Shown one piece after another: positions 25,685-37,568 of a DNA stretch of 64,000 nucleotides (within the stretch, counting starts at the first letter, position 1; the number at the start of each line of letters is the position of its first letter). Source of the DNA: Xylographa opegraphella. Its lineage: Eukaryota. The stretch covers positions 124,001-188,000 of the forward strand of contig JALDZX010000017.1 of the NCBI GenBank assembly GCA_022813865.1, written 5' to 3'. The position numbers were made by a program, and so were the translations under genes. Below the pieces are notes generated by a model. That model saw only the letters and a list, made by a program, of their open reading frames with translations. It was not told the origin of the DNA and searched no databases.

Positions 25685-26205
25685 TGATCTCAGGTTGCGC
25701 ATATTACTAGCTAGAATAGTCCTCACTTGAGAAAAATATCACGATGAAAGTTCAGTCCCATAGACATAAGACATTTGCTATAACATACAAATGTAATCTT
25801 GAAATTACCGAGTACGACTATGGCCGAATACTTACTAAGCGGCCAAGTTAACGGCTATTCCGAATGATTCCTGAAGAGTATCTGAAGCTTGAAGCTCTCT
25901 GCGACTTCTACCGATGTGAACACCCGAATTGGAGAAATCATTTCATCCGCTACTGATTGGAAAGAGCCCTATTATGAAAGATTCATGCCCGAGAGGAAAG
26001 ATGGTTGCATTGACTGTGAACATTGATTTTTCATGTCGGACTATGCACCGTGACCTGGAAATGAATGATAATATGCACAAGCTGATTAGCAGGGATCTCT
26101 TTGGTAAAGCAACAACATCGGTAGAGCTAGTGGCGTATTGAACACTTTCTCTTTGATATGATCTACAGCACTATTAGTGCATAACTTCCTTTGTGAGTAA
26201 GGTAA

Positions 26206-27639
26206 TTAAGGTAAATAGGGTTTGCTTCTTTGGTGTATCCGCTCCTGCACATTCCTCCGACTCATGCTATGCTCTTGCACGCTCTTCCAACTCGTGCCAC
26301 TTTTGCCGGGTGCAACTAAGGTAGGCTCGAGGTATATTAACTTTATGCCATGCTCGGAAACCCTCCGCGCGGCCTCCTCTAGATGGTCCCACGGCCATGA
26401 GCAATCTAATATGTCGCTGTCGTACCAAAACTCGACATCTGGTTTGAACACTACCTTTATGGTCTCTAAGCAGCTCGGGGTAGCCGCACTATTTTCCGTC
26501 TTGCATGCAGCAAGATCTGAGAACCAGTCGACTTCAGACTGGTTGAAGTTGGCGTAAGTTGTCGGATACTTAGCATTATCGGCAAAGTCTATGCGTACGT
26601 AGCGAAGCCCTGGTGCCGCCAGCTTCTTAAAGATGATTGTAGGCTCTGTGTGTCGCAACTGGCGCATTCATATGGAAAGCCGTTCTAGACACGGAAACCC
26701 CGAAAGACCAGGAGCACCGCCTATGAACATGAAGAGCTCAATCCGCTTCAGGGACGTGCACTGCACGTCAAGCATTCTCTGGATACCAGGTAAGGTATAA
26801 TCGTCGCAGTAGACAGAAGACTGCAGGGATATCAGCGTCAGCCTTTCGAGTCGGCTTGGCCAACAAAGCAGGTGGGCGGAGACTTCTGGTGACGTGCTCG
26901 GTGCATCGAGAAGCATCGAAGTTAAGGAGCTGGTAAAGAGTTGGTGTGGTGGTAAAATTTGGTCGAGGACGTCTTGACTAATTGGCATTACGTCGCGTCG
27001 TATCCGCTCTGCTGCAAGCTGCCCGTCTGTCAATCCATAGCAAGACATATAGGTGCTTCAATGTCGGAATGCTAAAGGAGTCAAATACTATTCCTAATGC
27101 CGGGCCACTTGAATGGCCGTGTAAAGTCAAGCGCTCTAGTGGGTGCGTAGCAAGCAACTGAATGAATGGCAACGCTTTGGCGGTCAAGTCGGTATACAGG
27201 CCTGCGGAACGGATGCCTTTGCAATAGGATAGAAGGGCGATGGCTTTTCTCCCTATTGCAGTGCTGGGATTCCGAACTGCGATATGCACTTCGCGAATAT
27301 AGGAGCCACGAGCAGGCTGCTTCAACAGATTTTTGAGTAGGCATGATGCTCTATGAATGTCCTTCCACCAATATTCAGTAACGTTTATTTTTCGGTAGAG
27401 AACAGTTTCGTAGACCCTGCACCATCGTTTGCAGGCGTATGGCACTGGTAAGATGTTAGACCCCAACAACAAGGACTCCTCATGACGATTGGGGGGAGAT
27501 ATGAGAAGATCATCGCCAACATCTCATCAGGCAATGGCGAAGTTGTGTTTTCTCCCAGTGGAAGAGAGACTGGAGGTGGTAGGCAGAGCACGCCTGTGGA
27601 ACCGTCCAGTTTTGTTTATCGTGAATACTCCATACTCAT
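26206..27639 (-). pseudogene. F-box / LRR-like protein pseudogene
   Basis: F-box start LPDEMLAMIFSYL and CKRWCRVYETVLYRKI followed by LxxLxL repeats. Broken by an in-frame TAA (27616-27618), a frameshift in a C6 run (27491-27496), a frameshift at ctatatg (~27047) and an in-frame TGA (26668-26670). Confidence 0.75.
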
Positions 27640-28031
27640 AGATGTATAGTCTCGCCCCCACTAAGCCATGTTCTCTTTCAGGTCAAAGTAGCTGAATCAT
27701 GATTGCCATTTATGTGTCGTGCTGATTGTGACGAAGCTATTCTCGCAAGACAATTAGCATATCGAAGCTTTGTCCTAGTCCTAGGATAGTGGGGATGCAG
27801 TGGTCGGGATTTTTGCATCTCCCAAGACGTGCAGCACGACAATCATGGACTAACGGCAATAACAAGGAAAAGATGAGCCCGAGGCCGGTAGATCTGAGCT
27901 CACTTCGTCGTTTGCGGACATACTAGACGTTCTTCAAGATGCAACAATCGATGAAGTTGCATGTGACAGTCGAATAGTTGCCGACCTGACTTGACAATCG
28001 CCAACCACGATTCCTGCCATTGCTCCAGAAA

Positions 28032-30370
28032 ATGACCGCCAGACACTCTCGGCGACTTATACGTCCCCTGATTTACACCGCCGCCACCGCTACCATTGGC
28101 AGTAGCGTCCTATACTACTCTTATCGACCTCGCAATATCCCTGGGTCCGACCCTGCTGCGGTACCGCCAAAATTTGGCCCCGATGGAACTATTGCACCTC
28201 CAAGATTTCCGAAGGTGAGAAGCCGGGCGGAGCAAATTGCAGAGCTAAAGAGGAGCGGTGCAACAAGCCATACCTCTGGAGATACCGAGAGACCCTTTAG
28301 CAGCCTTTTCCGAAGTGGAAGTAGCATACACAACGGCACAACGGAAGATGATGAACCATACGATCTGTTGATAATCGGAGGTGGAGCTACGGGCTCCGGC
28401 ATTGCTCTTGATGCAGCCACAAGGGGATTGAGAGTTGCCTGCATAGAGAGGGATGATTTCAGCAGTGGCACGAGCAGCAAGAGCACAAAACTAGTCCACG
28501 GAGGCGTCAGATATCTTGAAAAAGCCGTATGGGAACTGGACTACAACCAGTTAGTTTCACCGCCGGCTGGCTTCTGATCGATATGCGCTTATCATGCTCA
28601 GATACAAGCTTGTCAAGGAAGCTCTACGGGAGCGGAAGTATTTCCTCGACACGGCACCGCATCTTTCGAGCTGGCTACCTATCATGCTTCCAATCCAGAA
28701 ATGGTGGCAAGCGCCGTATTTCTGGATGGGAACCAAGGCCTATGATTTCTTGGCAGGATCCGAAGGGATCGAAAGCTCTTACTTTCTTACTAAAAGTAAA
28801 GCATTAGAAGCATTTCCAATGCTGAAAAGAAACAATGTGGTGGGAGCGCTAGTATACTACGGTATTCAATTTACCACGAGCACACAGGAGAACATGCACT
28901 GACTATATTAGATGGGGCTCACAACGATTCGCGAATGAACGTTTCAATAGCCATGACTGCTGCCCTCTATGGTGCAACCGTTGTCAACCATATGGAGATC
29001 GTCGGATTGGAAAAGGACGCCACCGGAAAGCTGTGCGGCGCTCGAGTAAAGGATCTTGTTCAGGAAAAGGATGGTAAGAAAGCGGAAGAATTCACAATCA
29101 AAGCAAAGGGTATCATCAATGCGACTGGGCCCTTCACGGATTCCATACGTAAAATGGATGACCAAACAGTGGATGAGATTGTTGCTCCTAGTTCTGGGGT
29201 TCATATAATTTTACCGGGCTACTACAGTCCTGCAAAGATGGGCCTCATTGACCCAAAGACCTCAGATGGCCGAGTAATATTTTTTCTCCCCTGGCAAGGA
29301 AACACTATAGCAGGTACTACGGACGCCCCAACAGAGATTTCCCAGAACCCTGTTGCAGGCGAGGAGGAAATTAATTGGATCTTGTCGGAGATTAGAGGCT
29401 ACCTTGCACCAGATATCAACGTCAGGAGAGGTGACGTTCTTGCCGCCTGGTCAGGTATACGACCATTGGTGCGTGATCCGAAGGCAAAGAACACTGAATC
29501 TCTGGTGCGGAACCATTTGATCACTATCTCCGACTCAGGCTTGCTCACTTGTGCCGGTGGAAAATGGACCACGTATCGCCAAATGGCCGAAGAGGCAGTA
29601 GATGAAGCTATTCCTCAATATGGACTTCGGACGGGTCCAGTCAGACACGTTCCACATATCAGTGGCACTGAGATGGTGGATGATGCTGCTCCGCTCGATG
29701 GGACCTGCCAAACACACCAAGTTAGGCTAATTGGAGCTCATGGCTATTCGAAGACTCTTTTCATCAACCTCATCCAGCATTTTGGGATCGAAACAGATGT
29801 TGCTAAGCATTTAACTGAGTCCTATGGAGATCGAGCGTGGACAGTCGCAGCTCTGTCTGCACCCACGGAGAAGCGATTTCCAGTTCGAGGGATCAGAATA
29901 TCACCACTATACCCTTTCATCGATGGTGAGGTCCGCTATGCTGTCCGACACGAGTATGCTCAGACTGCAGTGGATGTCCTCGCGAGAAGAACAAGATTAG
30001 CATTCTTAAATGCACAAGCGGCGCTGGAGGCATTACCGACGGTCATCGATCTGATGGCGGAAGAGCTGAAATGGGATACCAAGCGGAAGAATATAGAGTG
30101 GCGAGAGTCTGTAAAATTCCTCGCTTCGATGGGATTAGCAAAAAGCAAGCTCAATGTTACAAGGAGAGATGTGGAGAGTGGTAAAGCAGCGGAGTACGAT
30201 GAGCATGAAAGAAAACTGTACTCAAGACATGGTCGGTCATTGTCCAAGCGGATGTCGTGCCCTTTGCTAACATGACACCAGATCGACCAGCTGATACAAT
30301 AGAAAGCGATTCGAAACTCGAATCTGGGGAGAACCCAATGATTGGAATGGATTCACCGGCTAACAAATAG
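28032..30370 (+). CDS. GUT2: Mitochondrial FAD-dependent glycerol-3-phosphate dehydrogenase, 4 exons
   Basis: [61 protein letters not shown] and [12 protein letters not shown]. Last exon ends ..MDSPANK* at 30370. Confidence 0.95.
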
Positions 30371-31686
30371 GATAACTCCGACTACGTGTATTATGATATT
30401 TGTGTGATTAGTTTCTATAGCGCACGACTAACGCACCTATAAATTGGATGATAGTGATACCGTAACACCATTTTGCCCGAATGATTTGGTATTCCGGCAG
30501 TACTGTGGTCTTGGTCCACCGCACATTGCAAGAAGAGCTTCACCAACTGCACCAGAATGGCCGCGTCGTATGTATGTATTGATTTTGGTGAAACAGTTCA
30601 TAAACGCTTGATTTTCTCTACAGAATATACTAGTGCCTTCCTGACCGAAATTTTGACTTTGCGGCTGTAGTTGTACGTTTTGACCATTTGGTCTGAAAAG
30701 TGGGTTCCTGTGGCTCTCCGTTCAAAGCTTCACAGCAATATGGCTACACCGCGGCAAGGTCAGAAGCAGTGTGATATCAATGGGTACAGAATGTCTCTTT
30801 CACGGCCGTGATTCAGATATGCCAGACAAGCCTCCTCGACCGCCTCAGTCAGATTACTGTACATGGGGAGTCCTGTTCGTATTAGATTTATACGCCTACA
30901 AATACCTGTCTCTGGCATCTCTCTCGGGTTGACTGCTGCAAGAGATCACTGAAATAGTTCCTTCCGTTACGCACGTCAAGCCCCGATCCACGAGCTGCAT
31001 CGTCAAGCCTCACAACTTGGTCAGTACACCGAGACTCTATCAAAGCGTCGATTTCTCAAGTACCTCACGATTCGTTCCAATGTTTATTGTCTTGTAGATC
31101 TCACAAAATGACCGACACTCGTCCTTGCGGAAGGCCTTCGGCTGCAGCTCCTCTTGCTTGATGGAAACATCTGAGTCGTGCCGCACAATGAGCGGTACGC
31201 TGAAAATGATGCATGACTGTGTTGCCCAGGCAATTATATCGTCAACGCCAGCTTGGGTTCTGTCTCAAAGATATCCGATCACTTATACTTGGTGTGTGCA
31301 AGAGCGCACCAACAGTGTGGTGAGAGGTCGCCATTTCACGTACAGGATACACGCTGTCTCGAGAGACAAGGGTGACTCTGAGAGAGGACTTGGGAGAAGG
31401 CGTAAGTGAGTAGTGGTAAGAAGACGAAAGATAGTAGAAGAAATTCAAAAACCACACATAATTGATTCAATAGATATTCTCAAACTTTTGGCGAGCTACC
31501 TTCGGAAGCGTCCATGACAACATCCGTAACATTAAGAGAGCGAAGGAAAGACGATTCGAGCCCCTTGAGACAGCGAAGCAGACGTATCACTTGTGCATGT
31601 GTGAAAGGTATAACCAACTCCCCTCTCTTTGCACTCCCGATACCCAAAAAATGAGTGTAATCTCCAGCATTCTTAGACCAGCATTC

Positions 31687-34338
31687 TTAGACCAGCATAC
31701 TTCTCCTCCTCGCTACCGCTCGTTCCGCCCTCGACCCAGGCTCGCATTTTCCTCCTCCCTCCACAGATGCCTTCTCAGTAGTGGTCTCGTTATCCGCTGC
31801 TACGGACAGCGTTTCCCTCCTCCTCCGCCCGCGAACTGAGCCCGTCGTCGCCTTGACATAAGGTGCAGCGCCGTCAATGTCTGTGACGCTTGAAGACCTC
31901 CTGGCAACTCGAACACGTTCGCCTGCATCTGCAGGCTTGCTCTCCGTGATGCTTGACGAGCTAGAGGATCGCGCTTGTACGGAAGGATACTTGACTTTGG
32001 TGACGGACGAGCTTTGAAAATCGTAAATGTCAGGGACCACTGCCGATGCAGTTTTCGCCCCTTCCTCCAGGTGCTTACTTCGCTTCCCAATATCCTCCCT
32101 GAGATTATTAGGCTGCTTGGTACGGGTGCCAGCCAATAATGCTGCGATGGCAGAACTGGACCCTGAGCTCGGGATTGTGGAAGCTACAGTCTTTGTGACA
32201 GTGGCAATTTCGTTTCCTTCACTATCTTTGCTATTTTGTGCTTCTGACACGCGTTTCTTTCTGTCCATAAGCACTCTCGAGGGTAATTTTTCCACAGCAG
32301 CGGTCTTGGCGGATAGTGGACTCTGTGGTTCCGCTCTTGATTCCAGTGCTTTTTGCCTGTACCTTGCGGGATACCCTTCGTAATCCTCCGTTCCCTCTTC
32401 CGTTTTGATCCTCACAGTATGGATCTTGGCAGGCTCAGCACGTTGTTGCACGTGGCTGATATAGACGTCTCCATAGGCGCCCACTGAGGACTGACCGACA
32501 GGAACGTCCTCAACTTTAACGCCAGCCGCTCTTTGAAGGCGCTCATCTGCACCAACAGCGTCGACAAGCTCCTTTCCAGGCCGTCGCATCTTATCTCGAA
32601 GATTAGGTTCCGCATAACTAACACTGCCGCGGGGACGGCGTGTTGTTCGACCTGTCGCTGTAATCAAAGATGCAGATGATGCGTCTGGTTGTATATCACC
32701 TGGCGGCGGGGTATCCCGAGTGTCAGGTCGAGAGTTTGTTGGTTGAGAAGAAAGAGGAGAGCATAGATTGAGATCTGGATAAATAGGCGTTGCTGGAGGA
32801 ACAATTGAAGCCAGGGTAGATAGCACAACTGTGTCAGTCTCGGGAGGCGAAATTTCTTCAATCATAGGAACGATTGTGGATACGCGCTCAACATCTAGTA
32901 TCGAGCAGACAGGCGTTGGTGCTGATGATTTCACACGAGAATGTTCGCGAGCTTGAGACTTTCTAGATAGGTCTTTCTTTATATCTCCAACTTTGTCTTC
33001 GGTTTTTGGTTTGCTTGGTTTCCGTGGTGAGAGAACAGGATCCGTGTTCACGCTTTCTATTTTCGCGTTAGCATAGCTTCCCAATATGATACTGCTTCGC
33101 TTACTCTCTCCCAATGCTTTTCGACCAGTTGTCGATTTTAAAGACACCTCTCGTGGTCTGTCTTTTGTGTCATCTCGTGCATCTGGAAGATATAGCTGCG
33201 AGCTCCTCCTCGTTTCAGGACCTCCGCCAGAGCCTTCGTTATTTCGAACGTTTTTCATGGGCTCATTCGAGGCTCCCGGACGTCTATGGAAGCGAAAGTC
33301 ATCTTTCACAGTAGCCGTAGAAGCGTCGATACGCTCTTCACCATCTCTGGCGCTCAGTTTCCGCTTCGCGCCAAGTTTAAGTGGTTGGCTCGATAGTGTC
33401 CCTATTGGCGTTGACGTATTTTCAAGACCCGCGGGTAGACCTGAGGTATGATTTGCTGTACGCTCTTTACTGAAAGTACTTTCCCGCCGTTTCCTCCGCG
33501 TCTCTAGGTTCGTAAACGCCAAAGTAGAACCCAAATCGGCCGAAGTACTGTCCAGGCTCGTTTGGTGGCCTCCATCGTGTTTCACAGGATCTCCATCATC
33601 AAAATGCGCAACCGGTGGAGGACCAAGATCTGGCGAGTTTGCGGAGTCTCCCTGGTCGTTCAAAATGCCGAGCAACTCTTCAGTACTATCAAGCATTAGC
33701 CAAGGCTGTAGATTAGCAGAAGCAAGCCCATACTTCAATGTCTTCCGAGGATAATATTTGTCCTCCAGTATCGGCGGAAGCCGTCCGTCCTGTCCCGCAG
33801 TGACTTCGGATAATGTAAGAGCATTTTTCCAAACTCTCTGATCCGGTGAATTCTCTGGAGATTTCACGCGGCTTTGCCTTCTTAACGGCGCTGAAGTTGC
33901 GATAGCGCTCGTCTGTGCCCTCCCCAACTCAAATACCAAACAACCCAACTCTGCGAGCTTTTCCTCTAATTTGTCCTTGACAAACCCCAGGTCCTCAAGT
34001 GCTTCTCGTTTTGGACGGTTTTCTAATTCATGCTCTAAAGAGATGACCCCCTCCCTTAGTACTAAGTTTTCTGAAAGTAGTCGGGACGTTTCCGCTTCGA
34101 GAGTTCGAATGCGCAAAGATTGGGTCGAATTGACTCTGGTTTTGTTAGAAACTAATGAGCAAAAGAAAGACTCCAATATATACCGAGCGATCTCTCGGTT
34201 CTGCCTCAAAAAGCGTCTTTTCACTGAAGGGTCACACATTTCAGCCATCGTGCTCGTTTCTAGTTGATTGAGAGGCTTACAAGCTTCCACGGACTCCACA
34301 GAAGCCGCTGGTGCCGCTGACTCATTGAGTCTAGCCAT
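31687..34338 (-). CDS. SGO1: Shugoshin, 5 exons
   Basis: N-terminal coiled coil LKRRFLRQNREIARVNSTQSLRIRTLE and basic SGO motif RPRGSVSYAEPNLRDKMRRP; C-terminal RRRSML. Introns 34224-34280, 34136-34183, 33686-33733 and 33057-33104. Confidence 0.92.
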   Translation of the reverse strand: MARLNESAAPAASVESVEACKPLNQLETSTMAEMCDPSVKRRFLRQNREIARYILESFFCSLVSNKTRVNSTQSLRIRTLEAETSRLLSENLVLREGVISLEHELENRPKREALEDLGFVKDKLEEKLAELGCLVFELGRAQTSAIATSAPLRRQSRVKSPENSPDQRVWKNALTLSEVTAGQDGRLPPILEDKYYPRKTLKYGLASANLQPWLMLDSTEELLGILNDQGDSANSPDLGPPPVAHFDDGDPVKHDGGHQTSLDSTSADLGSTLAFTNLETRRKRRESTFSKERTANHTSGLPAGLENTSTPIGTLSSQPLKLGAKRKLSARDGEERIDASTATVKDDFRFHRRPGASNEPMKNVRNNEGSGGGPETRRSSQLYLPDARDDTKDRPREVSLKSTTGRKALGESKRSSIILGSYANAKIESVNTDPVLSPRKPSKPKTEDKVGDIKKDLSRKSQAREHSRVKSSAPTPVCSILDVERVSTIVPMIEEISPPETDTVVLSTLASIVPPATPIYPDLNLCSPLSSQPTNSRPDTRDTPPPGDIQPDASSASLITATGRTTRRPRGSVSYAEPNLRDKMRRPGKELVDAVGADERLQRAAGVKVEDVPVGQSSVGAYGDVYISHVQQRAEPAKIHTVRIKTEEGTEDYEGYPARYRQKALESRAEPQSPLSAKTAAVEKLPSRVLMDRKKRVSEAQNSKDSEGNEIATVTKTVASTIPSSGSSSAIAALLAGTRTKQPNNLREDIGKRSKHLEEGAKTASAVVPDIYDFQSSSVTKVKYPSVQARSSSSSSITESKPADAGERVRVARRSSSVTDIDGAAPYVKATTGSVRGRRRRETLSVAADNETTTEKASVEGGGKCEPGSRAERAVARRRSMLV

Positions 34339-34746
34339 CACGAGGAGGCTTGAAGTCGCGCCTCACATACCCGTATTCGCAGTCGAACGGCGCAATATTT
34401 GTGTGCACGGTTATGATAATGTTGTAGGGAATTCTTATCTGTCGCAAAGTAAACAAATGATGCTATTTACGCGCAGCCTTGGTCATATCCAGAACGCCAA
34501 CAAGGATCTGTCACTCCGGGCCGCGGCTTAGCCGGTACTGCGGATAGCTGCAACGCGTATGTTACAGCGCAGCGTCTGAACGTGGTCAAGCTCGTCCGGT
34601 TCCTTGTAGAATAACCTAGATCTCCTCCTCAATTTTGCGTAGTAACGTCTCATCGTCGACGTGATCTTGAACTTCATAGACGTGAAGCAACAGCACCACC
34701 TCCCCCTCGAGGACAGCAGACAAAGACATCTGTAACTCTGCTAGTC
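34339..34746. promoter_or_regulatory. Divergent SGO1/DAD2 promoter with forkhead and MCB-like sites
   Basis: GTAAACAAA at 34449-34457, TATTTAC at 34464-34470 and ACGCGT at 34553-34558 within a ~410-bp head-to-head interval. Confidence 0.55.
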
Positions 34747-35227
34747 ATGGCTTTCCAAAGCAAACAACCCCAGTCCAGCCTGAGACATCCATCTATTGGC
34801 GGTTCTTTAAGCTCTTCCGGTCAATCTTCACTTCTGGCAACGCGGATCAACGAAAAGAAAGTAGAGCTAGAGAACCTCAAGCAGCTTCGAGACCTCAGTG
34901 GCGACTTGGCAACGCAGATGCAGGCCCTAGAGCAGAAATTAGCCACCTTAACAGATGGCACGGAAGGTATGTTTGTTCTGCCTGTGAATTGCATATTATA
35001 CTGACCAAGTTTTGCAGCAGTGGCAGCCGTTTTGGCCAATTGGCATAACGTACTGAGGGCTATTAATATGGCATCAAGTAAGACGGTCTATTCAATAGCC
35101 TAAAGCGTGACTATTTTGCTGAATTGTTGAAGTGAAGTTGCCCAAGCCAAAGGGGGTAGACGACGAAGTTGAGCCACCGTTACCGCAAACCCTTGTGCGG
35201 ATTCCCTCCCAGCTTCAGGAGATTTGA
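34747..35227 (+). CDS. DAD2: DASH/Dam1 complex subunit Dad2, 3 exons
   Basis: RINEKKVELENLKQLRDLSGDLATQMQALEQKLATLTDGTE|AVAAVLANWHNVLRAINMAS|..PLPQTLVRIP. Confidence 0.92.
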
Positions 35228-35299
35228 GTACCCTGGAGTAAAGCTAGTACAAATGTTATGTTCAGCGGATTTCAATTCCTGCTACCGATCTCTAGCAAC

Positions 35300-36060
35300 A
35301 ACATCTTGACGATCTCAAACCGTCACGTCCAGTTTCACTGGGATCTTGAATTCTTACTTTTAATACGTTTAACTGCCTTGCTAGGATCTTCTAAGATATC
35401 AACCTTGGGTACCAATCTTGACGAACACCAATTGTCACGTCCATTTCCCTCGATTCCACGTTCATTGCCCGTGCTACACATCATAGCCTTCGCAAAGAAC
35501 ATTGGAGATATCAGCCTTCCTCACGAACCTTGATACATCAACATCCGCTACGAGCTTTGACGAGCAGTAGTTGTCACATCCATTTTCACTGAATCCAGAT
35601 TCACCACCTTTGGCCTTTGCTACGCGTCATTGCCTCCCTAGGAACCTTACAATATCAGCTCTTGTCACGAATCTAGAGCATATCAGCCTTGGCTACCAGT
35701 CTTGACGAGTATCAATTGTCGCGTCCATCCTCCCTGATTTCAGATTCACCACCTTTGGCCTTTGCTACGCATCATTGCCTTTGCCAAATTCTTGAAGACA
35801 TTTACCTCCTTTACGAGCCTGCACGATATCAACATTCGCAATACGAATTTGACAACCACATCGTCACGTTCAGTCTCAACACAATTGCCTCCGCCACGAA
35901 TCTTGACTCTCACAACAAGCTTTCCTACACCTCTTAACGGATACGAATTGTCACATTCCATCCGATTATATCCAACATCATTGGCTTTCCTACATATCCA
36001 GACGATATCAACATTCAATACGAATATTGACAATCTTAAATCGTCACGTTCATCTTAATT
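35300..36060. repeat. Degenerate ~140-147-bp tandem repeat array with dyad core TTGAC(G/A)A-N5-7-YYGTCRC
   Basis: Cores at 35306, 35418, 35557, 35702, 35849 and 36027. The identical 30-mer cagattcaccacctttggcctttgctacgc occurs at 35596 and 35741. Confidence 0.8.
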
Positions 36061-36147
36061 GAACCCAGCATTGTTGCTTCGTTACGCATCATTTCCTCCG
36101 CTACCGAATCTCGCCTTATGTCGATCATACCACAGAGCTCCGTAAAT

Positions 36148-36772
36148 ATGAATATGAACAGCTCTCCTGCGCCTCCCACCCACCTCGCAGTACACGGCTC
36201 TGCCGTCGTGGCTGACGGTGGAGGTCAGTATTAACCTTTCTCGCTCGCAATACCTGTTCTCATACACTTCAACAGAACTCTCCCTGTCCGCGTCCCTATC
36301 CGCCTCATCCCCCTACTTTGTGGAGGGTTACGCCGGGGACCTTTGGGTCCCCAGGCAACCGGGTAAGTCCAATTACCATTTCCATCTGGCGTAAAGCGCT
36401 TCTCTAACGTGACCCAACAGCCTATCCGACCCTCGAACCAGGCAACAGGGCATATAATGCCACAGGTATATCTCCGTGCCTCATCCCCTCGTCGATCTCT
36501 AACACGAACTCAAAGTCCGAGCCTGCCTTACGGCCACGGCTGTCCCTCCTCTCCCTCACTCTCCTCCTCTCCCTCACCCTCCTCCTCCGCCGCCAACCCC
36601 GCCACCACCAAGACCTCCTCCAGCGCTGCCCGCCCCAGCACGCTTCATCTGCGGCCTCTGTAGCTCTGGCTACACGCGAAAAGTGGACGTCAAGCGTCAC
36701 TTCCAGACGGTGTGCGTGCCGAGGGGAAACCCCTCGGGACTGCAGTGGGATTCGAACCCCAGCTGCAGGTGA
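36148..36772 (+). CDS. 154-aa proline-rich protein with C-terminal C2HC-type zinc finger, 4 exons (not in ORF track)
   Basis: Exons 36148-36223, 36276-36362, 36421-36465 and 36516-36772. Three phase-1 GT-AG introns (GTCAGT, GTAAGT, GTATAT; CTAAC branches in introns 2 and 3). Ends PPPPPTPPPPRPPPALPAPARFICGLCSSGYTRKVDVKRHFQTVCVPRGNPSGLQWDSNPSCR*. Confidence 0.7.
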
Positions 36773-36991
36773 CGCCCGGGGGGTGGAGAAGGGGGAAGGG
36801 GGGGTAGTATAGCTTGCGTTTGGGCGTTTTGCGCGTTTTTTTTTTTTTTTGGGGATTTCTTGATTTTTTTGTTTTCATGGCACATGTGTGTTGAGGGGCG
36901 TGTCCATTGTGGGGCCACTATATGTGGCCGCGCAGAGGGCGTGTTCTTGAGGATCCAAGGGAGTTGCAATGAGCATTAGAGGGGAAGGATG

Positions 36992-37026
36992 NNNNNNNNN
37001 NNNNNNNNNNNNNNNNNNNNNNNNNN
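36992..37026. other. Assembly gap (N run)
   Basis: Run of n characters. Confidence 1.
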
Positions 37027-37568
37027 GGTGGTAAGTACTTCTGAGACGTCACTCAACGAGCCATGGCTTCTAGAGCAGTGCAACCGAGCTCTAGATTCCA
37101 CTTCGGTTTTCTCGAGAGGGAAGCGGACTAACTCCCGTACAGTATGCTACGCGAAACCTACGGCCTCCACACCACCACAAAACAATAACCGCAACTCGCT
37201 CGTCCGTGCTTTCGGCGGGGGCCATCCACATAGCCAGCATAGATAGGGATTTCCGAAACACAAGCATACACGCCAGTTGCCGGACATATATCGTTGCCCG
37301 ACGCTCCGATCTCCAGTTCTCATGAGCCCCCGTGCCCCCTTTGTCATAGGTTAAGTGTGGAGATGGCCACTATCGGCGTACGACCGGGTTATCGAGCCAG
37401 CGACCCACACATCTTCAGCTGCGGTCGCACATGTATGCTATCCAAACCCCAGACAGACAGACAGACAGACCGAGAGAAATTTTGATGGCCCAACAACCCT
37501 CCCCCTCTCTCTTTCGCACCTCACCACCACACCGCAATCCTACCCCCCCGACACCCCAACCCAAACCA

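Noticed and set aside
30400..31650. Possible extra gene or alternative GUT2 3' exon
   Set aside because: No convincing spliced frame or EF-hand motif could be built.
35300..36060. CRISPR-like appearance (palindromic cores at regular spacing)
   Set aside because: Eukaryotic context, degenerate repeats, 'spacers' homologous to one another, and no cas genes.
36740..36770. GGTTCGAATCC B-box/T-loop on the minus strand suggesting a tRNA
   Set aside because: The T-stem pairs only 3 bp, no cloverleaf can be built, and it lies in the coding exon of the zinc-finger gene.
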